Source: Piromyces finnis finn (taxonomy: Eukaryota; Fungi; Neocallimastigomycota). From it: a stretch of 64,000 bases of DNA. Under the pieces are notes generated by a model. It worked only from the letters and a program-made list of their open reading frames with translations, was not told where the DNA came from and did no database searches. How positions within the stretch are numbered: position 1 is the stretch's first letter; each line of letters begins with the position of its first letter. A program made the translations under genes and the position numbers. Location of the stretch: contig MCFH01000003.1 of the NCBI GenBank assembly GCA_002104945.1, positions 1,488,001 to 1,552,000 of the forward strand, given 5' to 3'. Positions 29,138-43,379 of the stretch are shown here, piece after piece.

Positions 29138-31469
29138 ATACTATTTTATTATATACTGTAAATAATAATCAAAAATCAAAAAGTTATGTTCTTTACCAAA
29201 TAATTTATCTTCACAACATTGGAATAAATCTTCTACTACATCAATTATCCAGTCTACTGTAATATTCAATACTTTTTCCTTTAAGGAGGTTAATTTTTGA
29301 AGGGCTTCCAATTTATTTATTTGAGAATGGGATGATTTTATTAAAACGTGAGATTGAGCATAAACTTCTTCTTTAGTATTGTTATTCTTATATTGATATA
29401 ATAGTTAATTAGTATATAAAATTTTTAATTTATTATCCTTATTATATATCGTTTTAATGCTATAGATCAGTGATGATTATTTTACCTTTTGGGAAGTTTT
29501 TAATTCTTCTGATAAAATTTTCAAATAATCATTACATAATTCATTTATAATCTCTTTAAATTTATGGGTAGCATCCATTCTTTCCTATTTATTTCATATT
29601 TTGGTGATGATGATTATATTAATAAAAAAAAAAAAATTAAGAAATAAAAATAATTTATGTATCTTCATTATTTATATATCTTAAAAAACTACTACTTCCT
29701 GATATCTTACATCATCATTTAAATTTGCATAGTATAATACATTTGTTAAAGCATCCTTATCTTGCTCAAGAAAGTAGTTTGAATAGGATACAATAAAAAG
29801 ATTTAATTCACTAAGGAAGCTATCATTTAACTTATCCATATTTTGTAATTGTTCTTCATTAGATTCTGAAGTTTCTTCACGACTTGCTATTAAAATATTT
29901 TTTAAATGTATTGAAGCACTATAATAAATTCATTTTTAATAATTAACACTTTTTAATATTTTATATAACATACATATATATGTATACATATATATATTTT
30001 ATGAAATTAAAGTTGCTTACTAGGATGAATATTCTTTATAAAGTTGGGTTGGTGGAAAGTTTAAGCCAATTAATAAACCAACATTCATTGAACTTTCTTT
30101 CATTGGCATCTATGAATCATCAATTTTTTTTTTTTTTTTTTTTTTTTGAAATTTTTATTAAATATAACTGTTAGGTAAACTTTTCGATTTAGTATTAATA
30201 AATATTTATTGTATTTGCTTACTTTAGTATTATTTATCTTTAACTTTTTAGATATTTTTTGTATTATTTCTTGACATTCTTCATCAATTTTATTAAAGCC
30301 AGATATATCCTTATATTTTTTTAATAATTTTTCGGTTTTTGAGTAATAAAAGACCGCTTGTGAATACTGTGGTGGGTTTTGATTTAAACAGTAATTTAAT
30401 CTTGCAGGTAATTCAAGGATAAATTGTAACTAGATACATTTTAAAATGAAAATATATAATATCACATAAATTAGGAATACTATCATAATTTTATGATGAC
30501 AATTGGAATTTGAAATTTCTCATTGAATAACTACCTTTTTTAATAATAAATTGACACTATTTAATTTATGAATTTTTTCACGACTTGTTTCGAGAGAATT
30601 ATTTATTTCACTTGAAGTTTTTGTAATGTTTTTAACTTTATCAAATAAATTACTCATTTCTGTATCAATATTTTCAATTTCTTTTCTCATCTTGATAATA
30701 TATATATAAATATAAACATATTAATCGCTATAATATATATATATATATACATATATATATTTCTGAAAAAAAAAAAGTAATATTTTGACATTTTTTTAAA
30801 ATTTTATTCTATATAAAATTTCATTTACATTTTGAATAGAGTCATTGGCATTAATGAATTTTCTATAATTGTCATAAATTAAGCCTTTCATTTCACTATC
30901 CAAGAGTTTCATTTCTATTAATTATTGTTTTTTAGTTTATATTATTATTAAATAAAATTTAATTTTTTCAATTTTTTTATATTTTAATTTTTTATTTTTA
31001 TTTTATTTTATTTTTTGACTAACCTGCTGATAATTTATTATTTTCTCTCAATAAAGATTTCATATTATATTCCTTTTTAACCTTTTTGATATATTCATTA
31101 GAATCAAAAGCTATTGAATCTATTACATATATTTAATACGAGTGAATAAATTGTATTTATAAATAGTTTTTTCATGTAACAATTATCTTTTATTTATGAT
31201 TTGGGCAAGTGAAATGTTTAATTACTTATGTCACTAGGATTTCTTGGTATTTTTTTAACATTTGATTTTTCTTTTATTCCATAATAACCTATATATATAT
31301 GGAATTTTATTCATTTATTGATATATATCAAAACAAATTTTAATTTTGGTTAATTACAAGTATATATATACAAATATAAAAAAAAATATTTTTTCATTTA
31401 TTAACTTTTTAAAAGTCCTCTGGCTTTTTCTTTATTTGTTCTATTCATTATTCTTTTATCATTTTCCAT
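27090..31469 (-). CDS. VPS51: GARP complex subunit Vps51/Ang2, many exons
   Basis: Spliced motifs KARGLLKSYYGI, DSIAFDSNEY, DSEMKGLIYDNYRKFINANDSI, REKIHKLNSVNLLLKK|LQFILELPARL, QYSQAVFYYSK and C-terminal FTKEDYYQIQLD..LEDLKASVRVRC; TAA at 27090. Confidence 0.88.
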
Positions 31470-31667
31470 GTTTTTATTTTATTATATATTTTTATTTATT
31501 TATTTTTCTAAAAAAAAAAAAAAAAAAAAGGAAAAAGAATTTATATTTTTAATTTTTATGTATTAGAAATTCGAAATTGAATTTCAATTATTATTATTTT
31601 AAAATTAAAAAAAAATATATAGTTTAAAATTTAATAGAATATAAATAAAAAGTATAAAAATAAACAA

Positions 31668-31694
31668 AAATAAATAAATAAATAAATAGAAAAA

Positions 31695-31781
<87 letters not shown>

Positions 31782-31830
31782 ACAAATAAATAAATAAATA
31801 GAAAAATAAATAAATAAATAAATAGAAAAA

Positions 31831-31889
<59 letters not shown>

Positions 31890-31892
31890 ATA
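31668..31892. repeat. (TAAA)n tetranucleotide microsatellite, about 220 bp with few interruptions
   Basis: Directly visible tandem TAAA array between the VPS51 start and the 3' end of the next gene. Confidence 0.95.
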
Positions 31893-32108
31893 CTTTTTTA
31901 GAAAAAATTAATTTTTATAGACTACAACTGTTCAGAAAAAAAAAAAAAAAATAAACTATATTCAAATAGTTAAATAATTTCATTTTTAATAGTTTCATTT
32001 TTTTTCCTTTTTTTTTTTTTTAGGTTTTATTAGTAATTTTAAAATGAAATAAATAATTTAAAAATAGTATTTACATTTAAAACATACAAAAATGAATTGA
32101 ATATTCAT

Positions 32109-35026
32109 TTAAAATGAATTTGCGATAGAATTTTGGAAATAATTATTCCAACCCATAGGTGGCCATATTACATTTTTTTTGTTATCAAAAGTGTCATTCT
32201 TTGTTTCAAAACTAGTAATGAAGGCATTCACTAAGGAATCTTCTTTCTTTTTAATAAGATTTTTTTTCATTAAATCGTAATCATCATTAATACTAGTATT
32301 CATTCCATTATTATTATTATTATTATAGTTTGATGGACGAAAAGAATGCTTTATTTCTTGACAATCATAGATACTGATGGGTTTTGGATGATTAATTCCT
32401 CGTTTATTACAATTAGGATTATGATAATTTAAAACATTTTTCTTTTCACACGTTAAAGTATATACAAGAGGTTTTATGTAATTTATTTTTTCTATTGATA
32501 ATCTATCTTGACGATTTCTTATACGAACTTTACTATTTGTAGATTTAGCTTTATGGAAATCATGATACTGATCTTTTTTTGGCTCGGTAATCTTTGTAAT
32601 AATAGAATTGTATTCATTACATTTAATAGGGGAATCAACTTTTTGATTTTTATCATTAGTTTGTGATGCAAATAGGGATAAAAGAGATACTTGTTTTTTT
32701 TGCTTTTTATTTGATGTTGATTTATGAAATAACGATGTTTTTGGTTTTGATTTTTCATTAGATTCAAATTTTAATAATACATTGTTTAATTGATTATTTT
32801 CATTATGCTTATCAGCTATTATTTTTTCTTCCAATTTTTGTTTTTTACTTATGATAAAAGGATTTTTTACGATTTTATCTTCTTCATAGGTTCGTTTATT
32901 ACCCTTGGAAATATTATAAAATAACGGACTTTCCTTTTCAATTAAACCACCATTTGACGTTTTAGCATTGGATGACTTTGGTAAATTTATTGTTGTAGAT
33001 GTGGAAGAAGATGGTAATTCCTTAAAATAAAAATCTAATTTGGTTTTTCTTGGATGAGAACGGGTTAGTGATAGTGATTTTTTCTCTTTATTTGAAGAGT
33101 TAAATATATTCATATCTAATGTATTATTCACTTTAACTTTGTTTCCCTTTGATAATTTCTTTTCTTCTTCATCTTCAGACATAAACAAATTAATTAAGGC
33201 ATCCTTTTTTGATTTTTTCCTATTGATCAATTCTTTAATGGATGCCTGTTTATAATATTTCTTTTGCTGTTCATCGAAGAAATCATCATCTCTTTCATAG
33301 TTCATTTCATTGTCTATTTCATCATTATCAAAAAGCTGAATTAATTTACTTTCTATTTCAGCCTTTTCTTTTTCTTTGCTATCAACAAAATCGAAATTAC
33401 AAATGACATTATCATCATTATCATCATCATTGGCATCAGTATCATCACTGTTACCCTTCATATTATTACTACTATCTAATATCATTTTATCTTTATTATT
33501 TTTTGTAATACTATTATTGGTATAGAGATCCTTAACCTTAATCTTATTCCCATTTCCATTATTTGAGGACATTATAAACTCACCATCACTCTCAATGTCT
33601 GATGAGTCTTTAATATCATTTGAAAATAAATTTAAAAGGTCGTCTAAATCATCGTTGTTATCTGACATCAAAATTACATTATCATTATTATTATTTGATG
33701 ACGTTCCTTTATTATCAAATTTTTCTTTTTGTTTTTTATTAGTATCTACAGTACTTGATTTTCCTTTGCTTTTTGAAAAATTAATTGACAATTTATGATT
33801 TGAAGCATCGTTTATACTATTTGAAAATAAGATTGATATAGGTTGACCTACTTTATCAGAAAAATCATCTTTAGGTTTATTATCGTGCTTTTGATTTTCT
33901 AATGATACATCGTCAAATAAATTATCATTAATATTGGAAAATTTGTTAATAGTATTATTCTTTTTTTTAATTCCAAGTAAATTTTCATCGATAGTAAATT
34001 CATCATTTATTTTAATTAGATTAGGTATTTTTATATTTTTTGGATCTAATTCACTTTTTTGATTTTGAACCTCTTGACTGGATATTAAATCTACAAAATC
34101 ATTTGAAAATAAATTTAAAGGATCACTTTGGCTATTTTTCAAAGTATCAACAGTTTTTTTATTATTTTTTTCTTTTAATGCTTTATTTCTGTTACTTAAT
34201 GAATTTTTACTATTCAAGTTATCACTATAGTTTTTACTTTTTTCTAAATCATTTTTATTTTTTTTTGGGGTAGAATAATTACTGAATAATTTATCCATAC
34301 ATGTATCTATAGAAGGCAATACTGGTGAAGAAGAAAACATTTCTAAATCATTAAACATATCATTATTATTTTTATTTACATCATTATTTTTATCGTTACT
34401 GAAATTGTTATTACTATTAATTAATATAATATTGTCATTATTATATTCATCTTCTTTGCCTTCGTTTTCAAAACTACTTTCATTGTCATTATTTTCTTCA
34501 CTATCATAACTATTTTCTAAAATGACATTTTTTCTCTTTTTTTTATTTCTTTTTTGAATAACACTTTCTTGACTGTAAGAGTTATTTAATAACTGTTCCT
34601 GATATTTTATTTCATCGTCCTTTTTATTATTAAAATATTGATCTTGACTGCTATCAATAATTACTTCTTCAATATTTTGTGTGTTATTTAAACTATCCTC
34701 ATATTCATTATCTGAAACACAAAAATCATCATGTGCATATGTATTGCCTTTTGATCTTAAACCTCTAATATATATATGCAAATATTTAAATAATAAAATA
34801 ATACTATTAGTCTATCATTTCAATAGAACCTACAACAATTACAAAGTACTTACGCATAATTATAAGAATTATAAAATGGAATAATTTTTTTTGCAATTTC
34901 ACAATTTGAAATATGTTCTTTTTTCCTAATAATGATATAAATATAAAAAAAGTTTAATAGGAATGATTATTTTTTTTATAGAACTAATAAAGTCATTATT
35001 TGAACACTTTTTTTTTTTTACCTCAT
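32109..35026 (-). CDS. Hypothetical low-complexity N/D/K/S-rich protein (about 890 aa), one very long exon plus a putative 5-nt first coding exon
   Basis: A 2.67-kb uninterrupted ORF cannot be chance at this AT content. Acceptor near 34765; candidate ATGAG|gtaaaa at 35026-35022 gives MRGLRSKGNTY. No domain recognised. The 5' end is uncertain. Confidence 0.7.
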
Positions 35027-36244
35027 ATTATATATCAATTCATCTTCGAATTTTATTAATTTTTATTTCAAAATAAAAAAATAAAATTAATAATAATTTG
35101 TAATTTTTTTTTTTTTTACTATATTAAATATTAAATTTTATTTTATAATTAATTTAAAATTTTAAAAAAACAAAAAACAATAACAAAAATAATGTACATT
35201 ATGCATTACATTTTCATTAATGTATTAATATGTATTAAAGGTTTTTATGTTAAATAATCCACTATAAAAAATTCTTCTAGTTAGAATCAATATATATCCA
35301 TCCAATCAAATCTAAATAAAATATATGTTAATATAATAATAACAATATAAAATTTCGACGATTGCCAATCAACGATGAAAAACAATATAACTATCATATA
35401 TTAGAATATATACATATATATTATTAATACAAAGATGTATTAAACATTGAAGAACATTTTTTTGTATTTTCACATATATAAAAAGTATAATATATGAATA
35501 AATTAAATAATATATATAAAACAAATAATTAATATAAAAAGTAAAATATATTTTGTATATTGTTATATATTATCATTAATTTAATTATAGATTTTAATAA
35601 TATAAAAAAAATAATTAATATGATATCATAATTTATGAAGAAATGGATTGATATATAAGCTATTTACTATTATTATATATATAGAAATTTATCCAATTTA
35701 TATTAGAATGATTAAAAAAAAAAAAAAATTTATGCCATTTTTAATGCTTATTAAATTAATTTTAATTAATAATAGAAACTACTAATATAAGTTTATATTA
35801 AAAAAAAAAAAACTTTTTATATTTTACTTTTTTTTTTTTTTTAAACTATAACAAAATTTAAATTTATATCTATTCAATATAAATTTATATTTTTTTATAA
35901 AGATTTTATAATTTAAAAAAGTATTTCTAAAAGGTAAATAAACATTATATAATGATAGAAACATATAATATTGAAAAGAAAAGAAAAGTATTAATGGAAA
36001 AATATATTTTATTATTATATATATAATTATATATAATCTTTTTTTATTTTCATTTAAATTTCGAATGATTTTCAACAACTCATTGGATTAATTAAAAACA
36101 TTGTGCAAAATGATATATAAAATGATATATTTAAAAAACAATTTTTAACAACAACGATAATATACATTTAACCAAACTATTTATTACGGTAAAATAAAAC
36201 AAAAATTAATTTTGAAAATAATTTAAAGTATAAAATAGAGAATT

Positions 36245-38663
36245 ATGGATAGAGGTAAATCAGAACATCGTATTGGTCAATACAAAAGTCGTGGTCTTCT
36301 TCAAACCGATGAATTAAGACGTCGTCGTGAAGATGCTGCTGTTGAAATTAGAAAACAAAAAAGAGAAGAAAATTTATCAAAGAGAAGAAACTTCCTTAAT
36401 CAAACCTTCTCTGATGATGATAGCGATGATGATGATTATGAATTTGAAACTCCATATGCTGAAGAAGTAAATATATATATATATTTTCGAGGAATATTGA
36501 TTATTATTATTTTTAAAGTAACAATTATGAATCTTGAAAATTAAACTATAAAATTAATTTATATATGATAAATTTTTTCATGCGTATTATAATTCAAATA
36601 TTATTTAATTATCAATCACCAAATATATTACTAAATGAAATATAGCTTCAACAATTACCAGAAATGATCAATAAAATATACTCTAACGAAGTCGATGATC
36701 AATTAGATGCTACAACTAGATTCAGAAAAATTCTTTCCAAAGAACGTAATCCACCAATTGAAGAAATTATCAACTGTGGTGTTATTCCAAGATTAATTGA
36801 ATTTTTAAAATCTCAACACACTCTTTTACAAGTATATATTGTGTTTAAATTACATTACAATAATAAAAAAAAGTTCAGGAAGTTGTAATTAAATCTTATA
36901 TTTAAATTTTTTATAATTAGTTTGAAGCTGCTTGGGCTTTAACTAATATTGCTTCAGGTACCACAGATCAAACTCAAGTTATTATAGACCATGGTGCTGT
37001 ACCAATCTTTATTTCTTTATTATATTCACCAGTTTCAGATGTCAAGGAACAAGTATGTTGTTAATACAGTAAAATTAATATGGAATAAGAATATATATTT
37101 TCTAATATATAGTATTTAAAAATTAAAAATATTTATTCTAAAAATAAAAATAAATAGGCTGTTTGGGCTCTCGGTAACATTGCTGGTGATAATCCAGCTT
37201 GTAGAGACTACGTTTTAAGTAACAATGCTTTAACTCCAATCTTAAATATCTTAAACGATCATACCAATAAAGTTTCTATGTTACGTAATGCTACCTGGGC
37301 TTTATCTAACCTCTGTAGAGGAAAGAATCCACAACCAGATTGGGAAATTGTAAAATTCAACTATTTATATATATATAATTTAATTAGATTTTTTTTGTAT
37401 ATTAATGAGTTTATATTTGTATACTATAAATATTATAAATATGAAATTCAAAAAATTTTTATTAAAAGATTAAGCAATGCCTTCCAGTTTTAGCCAAATT
37501 AATTTATGCTCAAGATCCAGAAGTTTTAACTGATGCCTGTTGGGCTCTTTCATATTTATCTGATGGTTCTAACCAAAAGATTCAAGCTGTTATTGAATCT
37601 GGTGTATGCCGTCGTTTAGTTGAACTTTTAATGTACCCACAATACAGTGTTCAAACTCCAGCTCTTCGTACTATTGGTAACATTGTTACTGGTGATGATG
37701 TTCAAACTCAAGTAAATATTATAACTATTATTATACATAAAATTATTATTACTTAGTAAGCGATGTTAATGAAGTAATCCATTTTTTTTATCAAATTATT
37801 TTTAATATAGGTTATTGTAAATTCTAATGCTTTACCATCTCTCTTATCATTACTTAACAGTCCAAGAGAAGGTATTAAGAAGGAAGCTTGTTGGACCATT
37901 TCTAATATTACTGCTGGTAATACTTCTCAAATTCAAGTAAGTCCTTGGTTAAAATATCTATGTTGAAATATTTTTTTTAAAATATAATATTAATTCAAAA
38001 ATAAAATTTAAATAATAATAATAATAATAATAATAAACATTTAGGATGTTATTGATGCTAATATTATTCCAGTTTTAATTGATGTTCTCAAGACTGGTGA
38101 CTTCAAGACAAAGAAGGAAGCTTGTTGGGCTATTTCTAACGCCACTTCTGGTGGTTTACAAAACCCAGAACAAATCAGGTAAATAAATAATTAAAAACTT
38201 AAATTTATTGATAGAACACAGTAGTAAAGAATAAAAATTAAATATTCCATTATAATTTTGATTATTTTGAAATAAAATAAAAAGATATTTAGTTCAACAA
38301 GGATGTATTACTCCACTTTGTGATCTTCTTACTTGTAAGGATAATAGAATTATTCAAGTTGCTTTAGATGGTTTAGAAAACATACTAAAGGTTGGTGAAC
38401 AAGATAGAAGTTTGAACGAAGACAACTTAAACCAAATGGCTTTATACATTGAAGAATGCGGTGGTATGGATAAGATTCACAACTTACAAGCTCACAAGAA
38501 TGTTGAAATTTACAACAAGGCATACAATATTATTGATAAATACTTCAATGATGATGAAGAAGAAACCGGTTTAGAAGCTGAAGTTGATAATACTGGTGCT
38601 TTCAACTTTTCTGCTGATAACAGACAATTTGTTCCAAACGGTGGTTTCCACTTTGGTCATTAA
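36245..38663 (+). CDS. SRP1: Importin alpha (karyopherin alpha, Srp1), about 8 exons
   Basis: IBB domain [25 protein letters not shown]; ARM repeats [56 protein letters not shown]; C-terminal [21 protein letters not shown]. Confidence 0.97.
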
Positions 38664-39172
38664 ATATTTTAAGCGAAATCGACATAATATTAAACGTTTA
38701 TTTATTCTTTTCATATTTTTTTTAATTCTAATCAAAAAAAAAAAAATTCTATTTATTAGTTTAAATATCTTTTTTTTTTTTTTACATTCTATATCTTAGT
38801 ATTATAATTAGAAATATAGTTTATCAACAACAATATAAATTATTATTACAGTATAAAAGTTTCATTATTTTTAATTATTATCGATGAATACTAAGTTTTT
38901 TTCTAAAAAAAAAAAAATTTGCGTATATAAATAAAAATTTAAATAAAAAAAAAATAAAAAATTATAAAAATAAAAAAAATTCAATTTTAAATTATTTTTT
39001 TTTGGGATAATTAAAAAAATTATTTTATAATTAAATGGTGTGTAACATTTAATTTAAAAATACTTTAAACTTTAATTTTTTTTTTTTTTTTAAATAGAAC
39101 TTTTTAATAAAGATTGACATTTTCTTTTAGAATTTTCAAATTTTAACGAATAAAAGTAAAAAAAAAAAAAAA

Positions 39173-40110
39173 ATGGATAAATATGAATTATTAGAAGTTA
39201 TTGGTTCTGGAAGTTTTGGAATGATAAGAAAAATTAGAAGAAAAAAGGATAATAAGGTAGAGTATTATTGTAGAATTGAATCATTAATTAAAATATAAAA
39301 TTATTATTATTATTCCTATGGTATATTCATGGGTACCACATAAATGATAATGGAAAAAAAAAACAAAAAAAAAAAACTCTTTCCTCTTTATATAATTGAC
39401 ATATTATCAACACTATAATAAAGATATTAGTAAGGAAAGAAATTGATTTTCGAAAAATGAATGAAAAAGAAAGAAAACAACTTGTAACAGAAGTTAATAT
39501 ACTAAGAGATTTACATCACCCTAATATAGTTAAATATTATGAAAGAATAATAGATAAAGAAAATTATTTAATTTATATAATTATGGAATATTGCGAAGGA
39601 GGTAGATATTTTCTATTTATTTTTTCAATAGCTTTTCAGAATTTAAATTATAAAAATTTTTAAAATTTTAAAATAAATTTTATAATAATACTATCATAAT
39701 TTGTATATAGGTGATTTGGCAGTATTAATCCAAAAATGTCGTAAAGAAAAGTAATTACAAAGTTTAAAAATAGTTTTAAATATATAGAAAAAAAAAAAAA
39801 AAAACAATTTAGAATTCATACCCATATTTATTTTCAATTTGAATAGAACAATGATTCCTGAAAGATTTATATGGTTGGTTTTTTCACAATTAATACTTGC
39901 ATTACATGAATGTCATTATGGTTCAAAAGGGGATAATTCTCAAAGACCAGCAATTTTACACAGGTACTTTTTTTATTTATTATTTTTTTTTAATAAATAT
40001 ATATTTTAATGTATCAATCATTTAATATAAATATACTTTTATATTTAATATTTAAAATTTTGTTAAATTTTTTGTTGTAATTCAATTATAATAATATTGC
40101 TTTTCATTTT

Positions 40111-40150
<40 letters not shown>

Positions 40151-41081
40151 AGAGATTTAAAACCAGATAACGGTAATTTTTTTTAAACTTTTTGTTATTA
40201 ATACTTTTTTTTTATAAAAGAAATTTATTAATTTTTTTTTTTTTAAATTGAATACAATACTTTTTTTTTTTTCTTTTCAAATTTAACTATTATTATATTA
40301 GTATTTCTTTCGAGTAATGTAATCAATTCTTATACGCATGTGAAATTAGGTGATTTTGGTTTAGCAAGGGTAATAGATAATCCAGAAAAAGATTTTGCAC
40401 AAACCTATGTTGGGTAGATATTAAATATATAAATTTTCTAAAATTATGCATTAATGTATAAAATGTTACTCATTTTTTTTAATAAAGAACGCCGTATTAT
40501 ATGTCACCCGAATTGATAAATGAGCAAGCATATAATAACAAATCTGATATTTGGTCATTAGGTATTTTAGTAATTAGATAGGATCATTATATCTAGGTAT
40601 TACTATTCTTATTAATTAAATATATTAACTATAAAAATTATTATAGGTTGCTTAATATATGAATTATGTACATTAGAGTAAGTATTGTTCTTATTATTTA
40701 TACAAAGTATAGGCGTTATTATGTATAAATGCCATCTCTAATACTTATATTCATTTTTATGAATAATTTAAAATATTAAAAAAATTAGACCACCTTTTCA
40801 AGCAAGAACTCAAATATTATTAGCAAAAAAAATTAAAGAAGGAAAAATTCTTGATATACCTAAAGAGGTTAGTTGCAATCTTTATAACATTAATTTTGAA
40901 ATATAAATATATACACAGGTTAAATATTCAATGCATATTATACTAAATTATAAATAGTATTCACAGGATATGAGATTACTCATTAAATCAATGTTAAATG
41001 TTTCAGTAAGAATAATTAATATTATTAGTATTTAATCAATAAAATTCTAAGAATAATAATTAAATAGTAATGATTTAAATA

Positions 41082-41124
<43 letters not shown>

Positions 41125-41802
41125 CAATCAAAAAGACCATCAACCATAGATTTTTTAAAAAATGAAAAAGTTAGATTTTGTATATATGAAATAAATTTAG
41201 AAGAAAAGTAATAAGCGTTTTTTTTTTTTTTTTTTTTTTTTACATAAAAAATATAAAATATAATAAAAAGGATTAAATGTATGGATATCTAAATCTTTTA
41301 ATATAAATACTCTATAATATTAATATCATAGGGAAATAAAACTAAGGAAATATGAAAGTGAATTGAAACAGTATGAAAAAAAACTTAAAAATAAAGAAAA
41401 AGAACTATTATTAAAGGAAAAAGAACTAAATCGACGAGAAATAATAATAAAAGATAAAGAAAAAGTGTCAAAACGACAAGAAGAAAAAACACATAGAGAA
41501 AACAAAGAAAATATTTTATGTAAATGTTTATATAACATTCTTTCAAATACTATATTTTGTATTATTATTAATACTTTTTTATTTTATAAATAATTTTTTT
41601 TCAACTTTAAAAAGTTATGGAATATGAAAGGGTTTTAAAGGAAACGAATTTGTTAAATAATGGTAAATTCATTTTAGTATAAAAATTATAGATAGATATA
41701 TAAAAACAACGTTTTTTATTAATTCATTTTCTAATAATTAATGATTATTACAGAGGAGAAAATAATATTATTTTAAATAATAAAATGAAGATTATTAAAT
41801 AG
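39173..41802 (+). CDS. NEK2: NIMA/NEK2-like Ser/Thr kinase with C-terminal coiled coil, many small exons
   Basis: [109 protein letters not shown], then a K/E coiled coil. The 3' end at 41802 is tentative. Confidence 0.9.
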
Positions 41803-42219
41803 AACACATTTTTTTTTAGTAGTTACCAAAATAATTATATGTAGAATACAATTATTCAAGTGTACTTTTTTTTTTTTAAAAAAATATAATTTTATATACC
41901 ATAATATTGTAGCAATTTACCAAGTCATTTAATATATAATATTTATAGTAAAATTTATAAAGATATATTATAATACTTTATATAATCTATTTTAAATCCT
42001 ATAATATTTAAAAGATATCGTTATTTAAATTAAATTTCTATTTAAAAGTAGTATTGCATATGACGTTATCAACATTGAATTAATATAATTTTATTGTAGT
42101 AAACAAATTGTTTAATAATTAATGAAATTCATAAAGCCATTAATATAGATAAAAAAAAATCAAATAAATAAATAAATAAATAAATAAATATGACTATTCT
42201 TCATAAGGTTTATTAATGT

Positions 42220-42813
42220 CTATTTTCTTGAACGTGCTCTTGCACGTCCTCTTCCTCTAAAAAATCCTCTTGCAAAGAAATTTCTTCTTGCTAAATTTCT
42301 GGAACGTGAAGTTTGATTTTCATTATTAAGATTTTCGACATTACTGTTATTATTAGCTCTTCTTCTACCTCTACTACTTTTATTCACATTATTATTATTG
42401 CCTCCTGGTATGATATTAGTAAAAATATTAGTGAGATTGGGTAAAAAATTGTCGATCGGAATTTGTGTAAATTGGGTATTGTTTAACAATGAATTAGTTT
42501 TACTTCTTGTTCTAGTACTAACACTTCCTTGAATATAGGAATAATTTTGGTCATTATCATCATCTATTACAACTACGGTTCCTGGTGTCACAGGATTACT
42601 AGGGATTACAGGAATAGCATTAGATGTTTTTTTTTTCTTTTTAGAATTAATTTGGTTAATAGAAATCCAAGAGGGGTATACTGTCTGTTTATTCTCTTGA
42701 CATTCTTTAAAAAATTCATCTAATTCTTCACAGCGTGTGTTATTAATGAAACGACAATGATTTAACTTTTCTTTAGTTTTGACTTGTTGAACTAAATTAT
42801 TTAACAAACTCAT
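42220..42813 (-). CDS. Hypothetical intronless 197-aa protein with an Arg/Gly-rich C-terminus
   Basis: ATG-initiated 594-nt ORF with coding-like GC content, ending RRNFFARGFFRGRGRARARSRK. No family recognised. Confidence 0.7.
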   Translation of the reverse strand: MSLLNNLVQQVKTKEKLNHCRFINNTRCEELDEFFKECQENKQTVYPSWISINQINSKKKKKTSNAIPVIPSNPVTPGTVVVIDDDNDQNYSYIQGSVSTRTRSKTNSLLNNTQFTQIPIDNFLPNLTNIFTNIIPGGNNNNVNKSSRGRRRANNNSNVENLNNENQTSRSRNLARRNFFARGFFRGRGRARARSRK

Positions 42814-43379
42814 TTTATCATTTTTATAGAAAATATATATAAAAAATATTTTTTATTATTATTATTATTATTTTTTTTATTACTTTTATTCTTTCATATA
42901 ATCAATTATAATTATAATGAAAAAAAAAAAAACGATTATATATTATATATTTTTCATGATTTCAGATTAAAAATGCAAAGTTTTTTTTTTAAAGTAGGAT
43001 AAATAAAAAATCGTTGATTTTATTTATTATATTGACAGAATAAATTAAAATTATATAAAATTATATATATTAAAATATATTTATTTTTATATATTAAAGT
43101 TAATAGATTATTAATTCAAAAATGTCATATAGTAGTAATAAATAGATATTTTTTTTTTCTTCTTCTTTACAGAAACAGTTTGTTATAAAACATCCTTTTT
43201 TTTTAAATACATTAATACCACTAAATATAATATGATATATAAATACTATTGTACTATAATCTATATTATTTATATTAAAAGATTATAACTTGACTTTATA
43301 AATTATTATTTTTTTTATTGGTATATATATATAATAAACTATCTTAGCTTTGTAGCTTTGTGGAAAGATATATTATCAT

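Noticed and set aside
35824-36078. ORF 35824..36078 and similar I/F/Y/K-rich short ORFs (7117, 20892, 28468, 29980, 31346, 54373, 60801)
   Set aside because: Composition simply mirrors AT-rich intergenic or intronic DNA, or they overlap real genes on the other strand.
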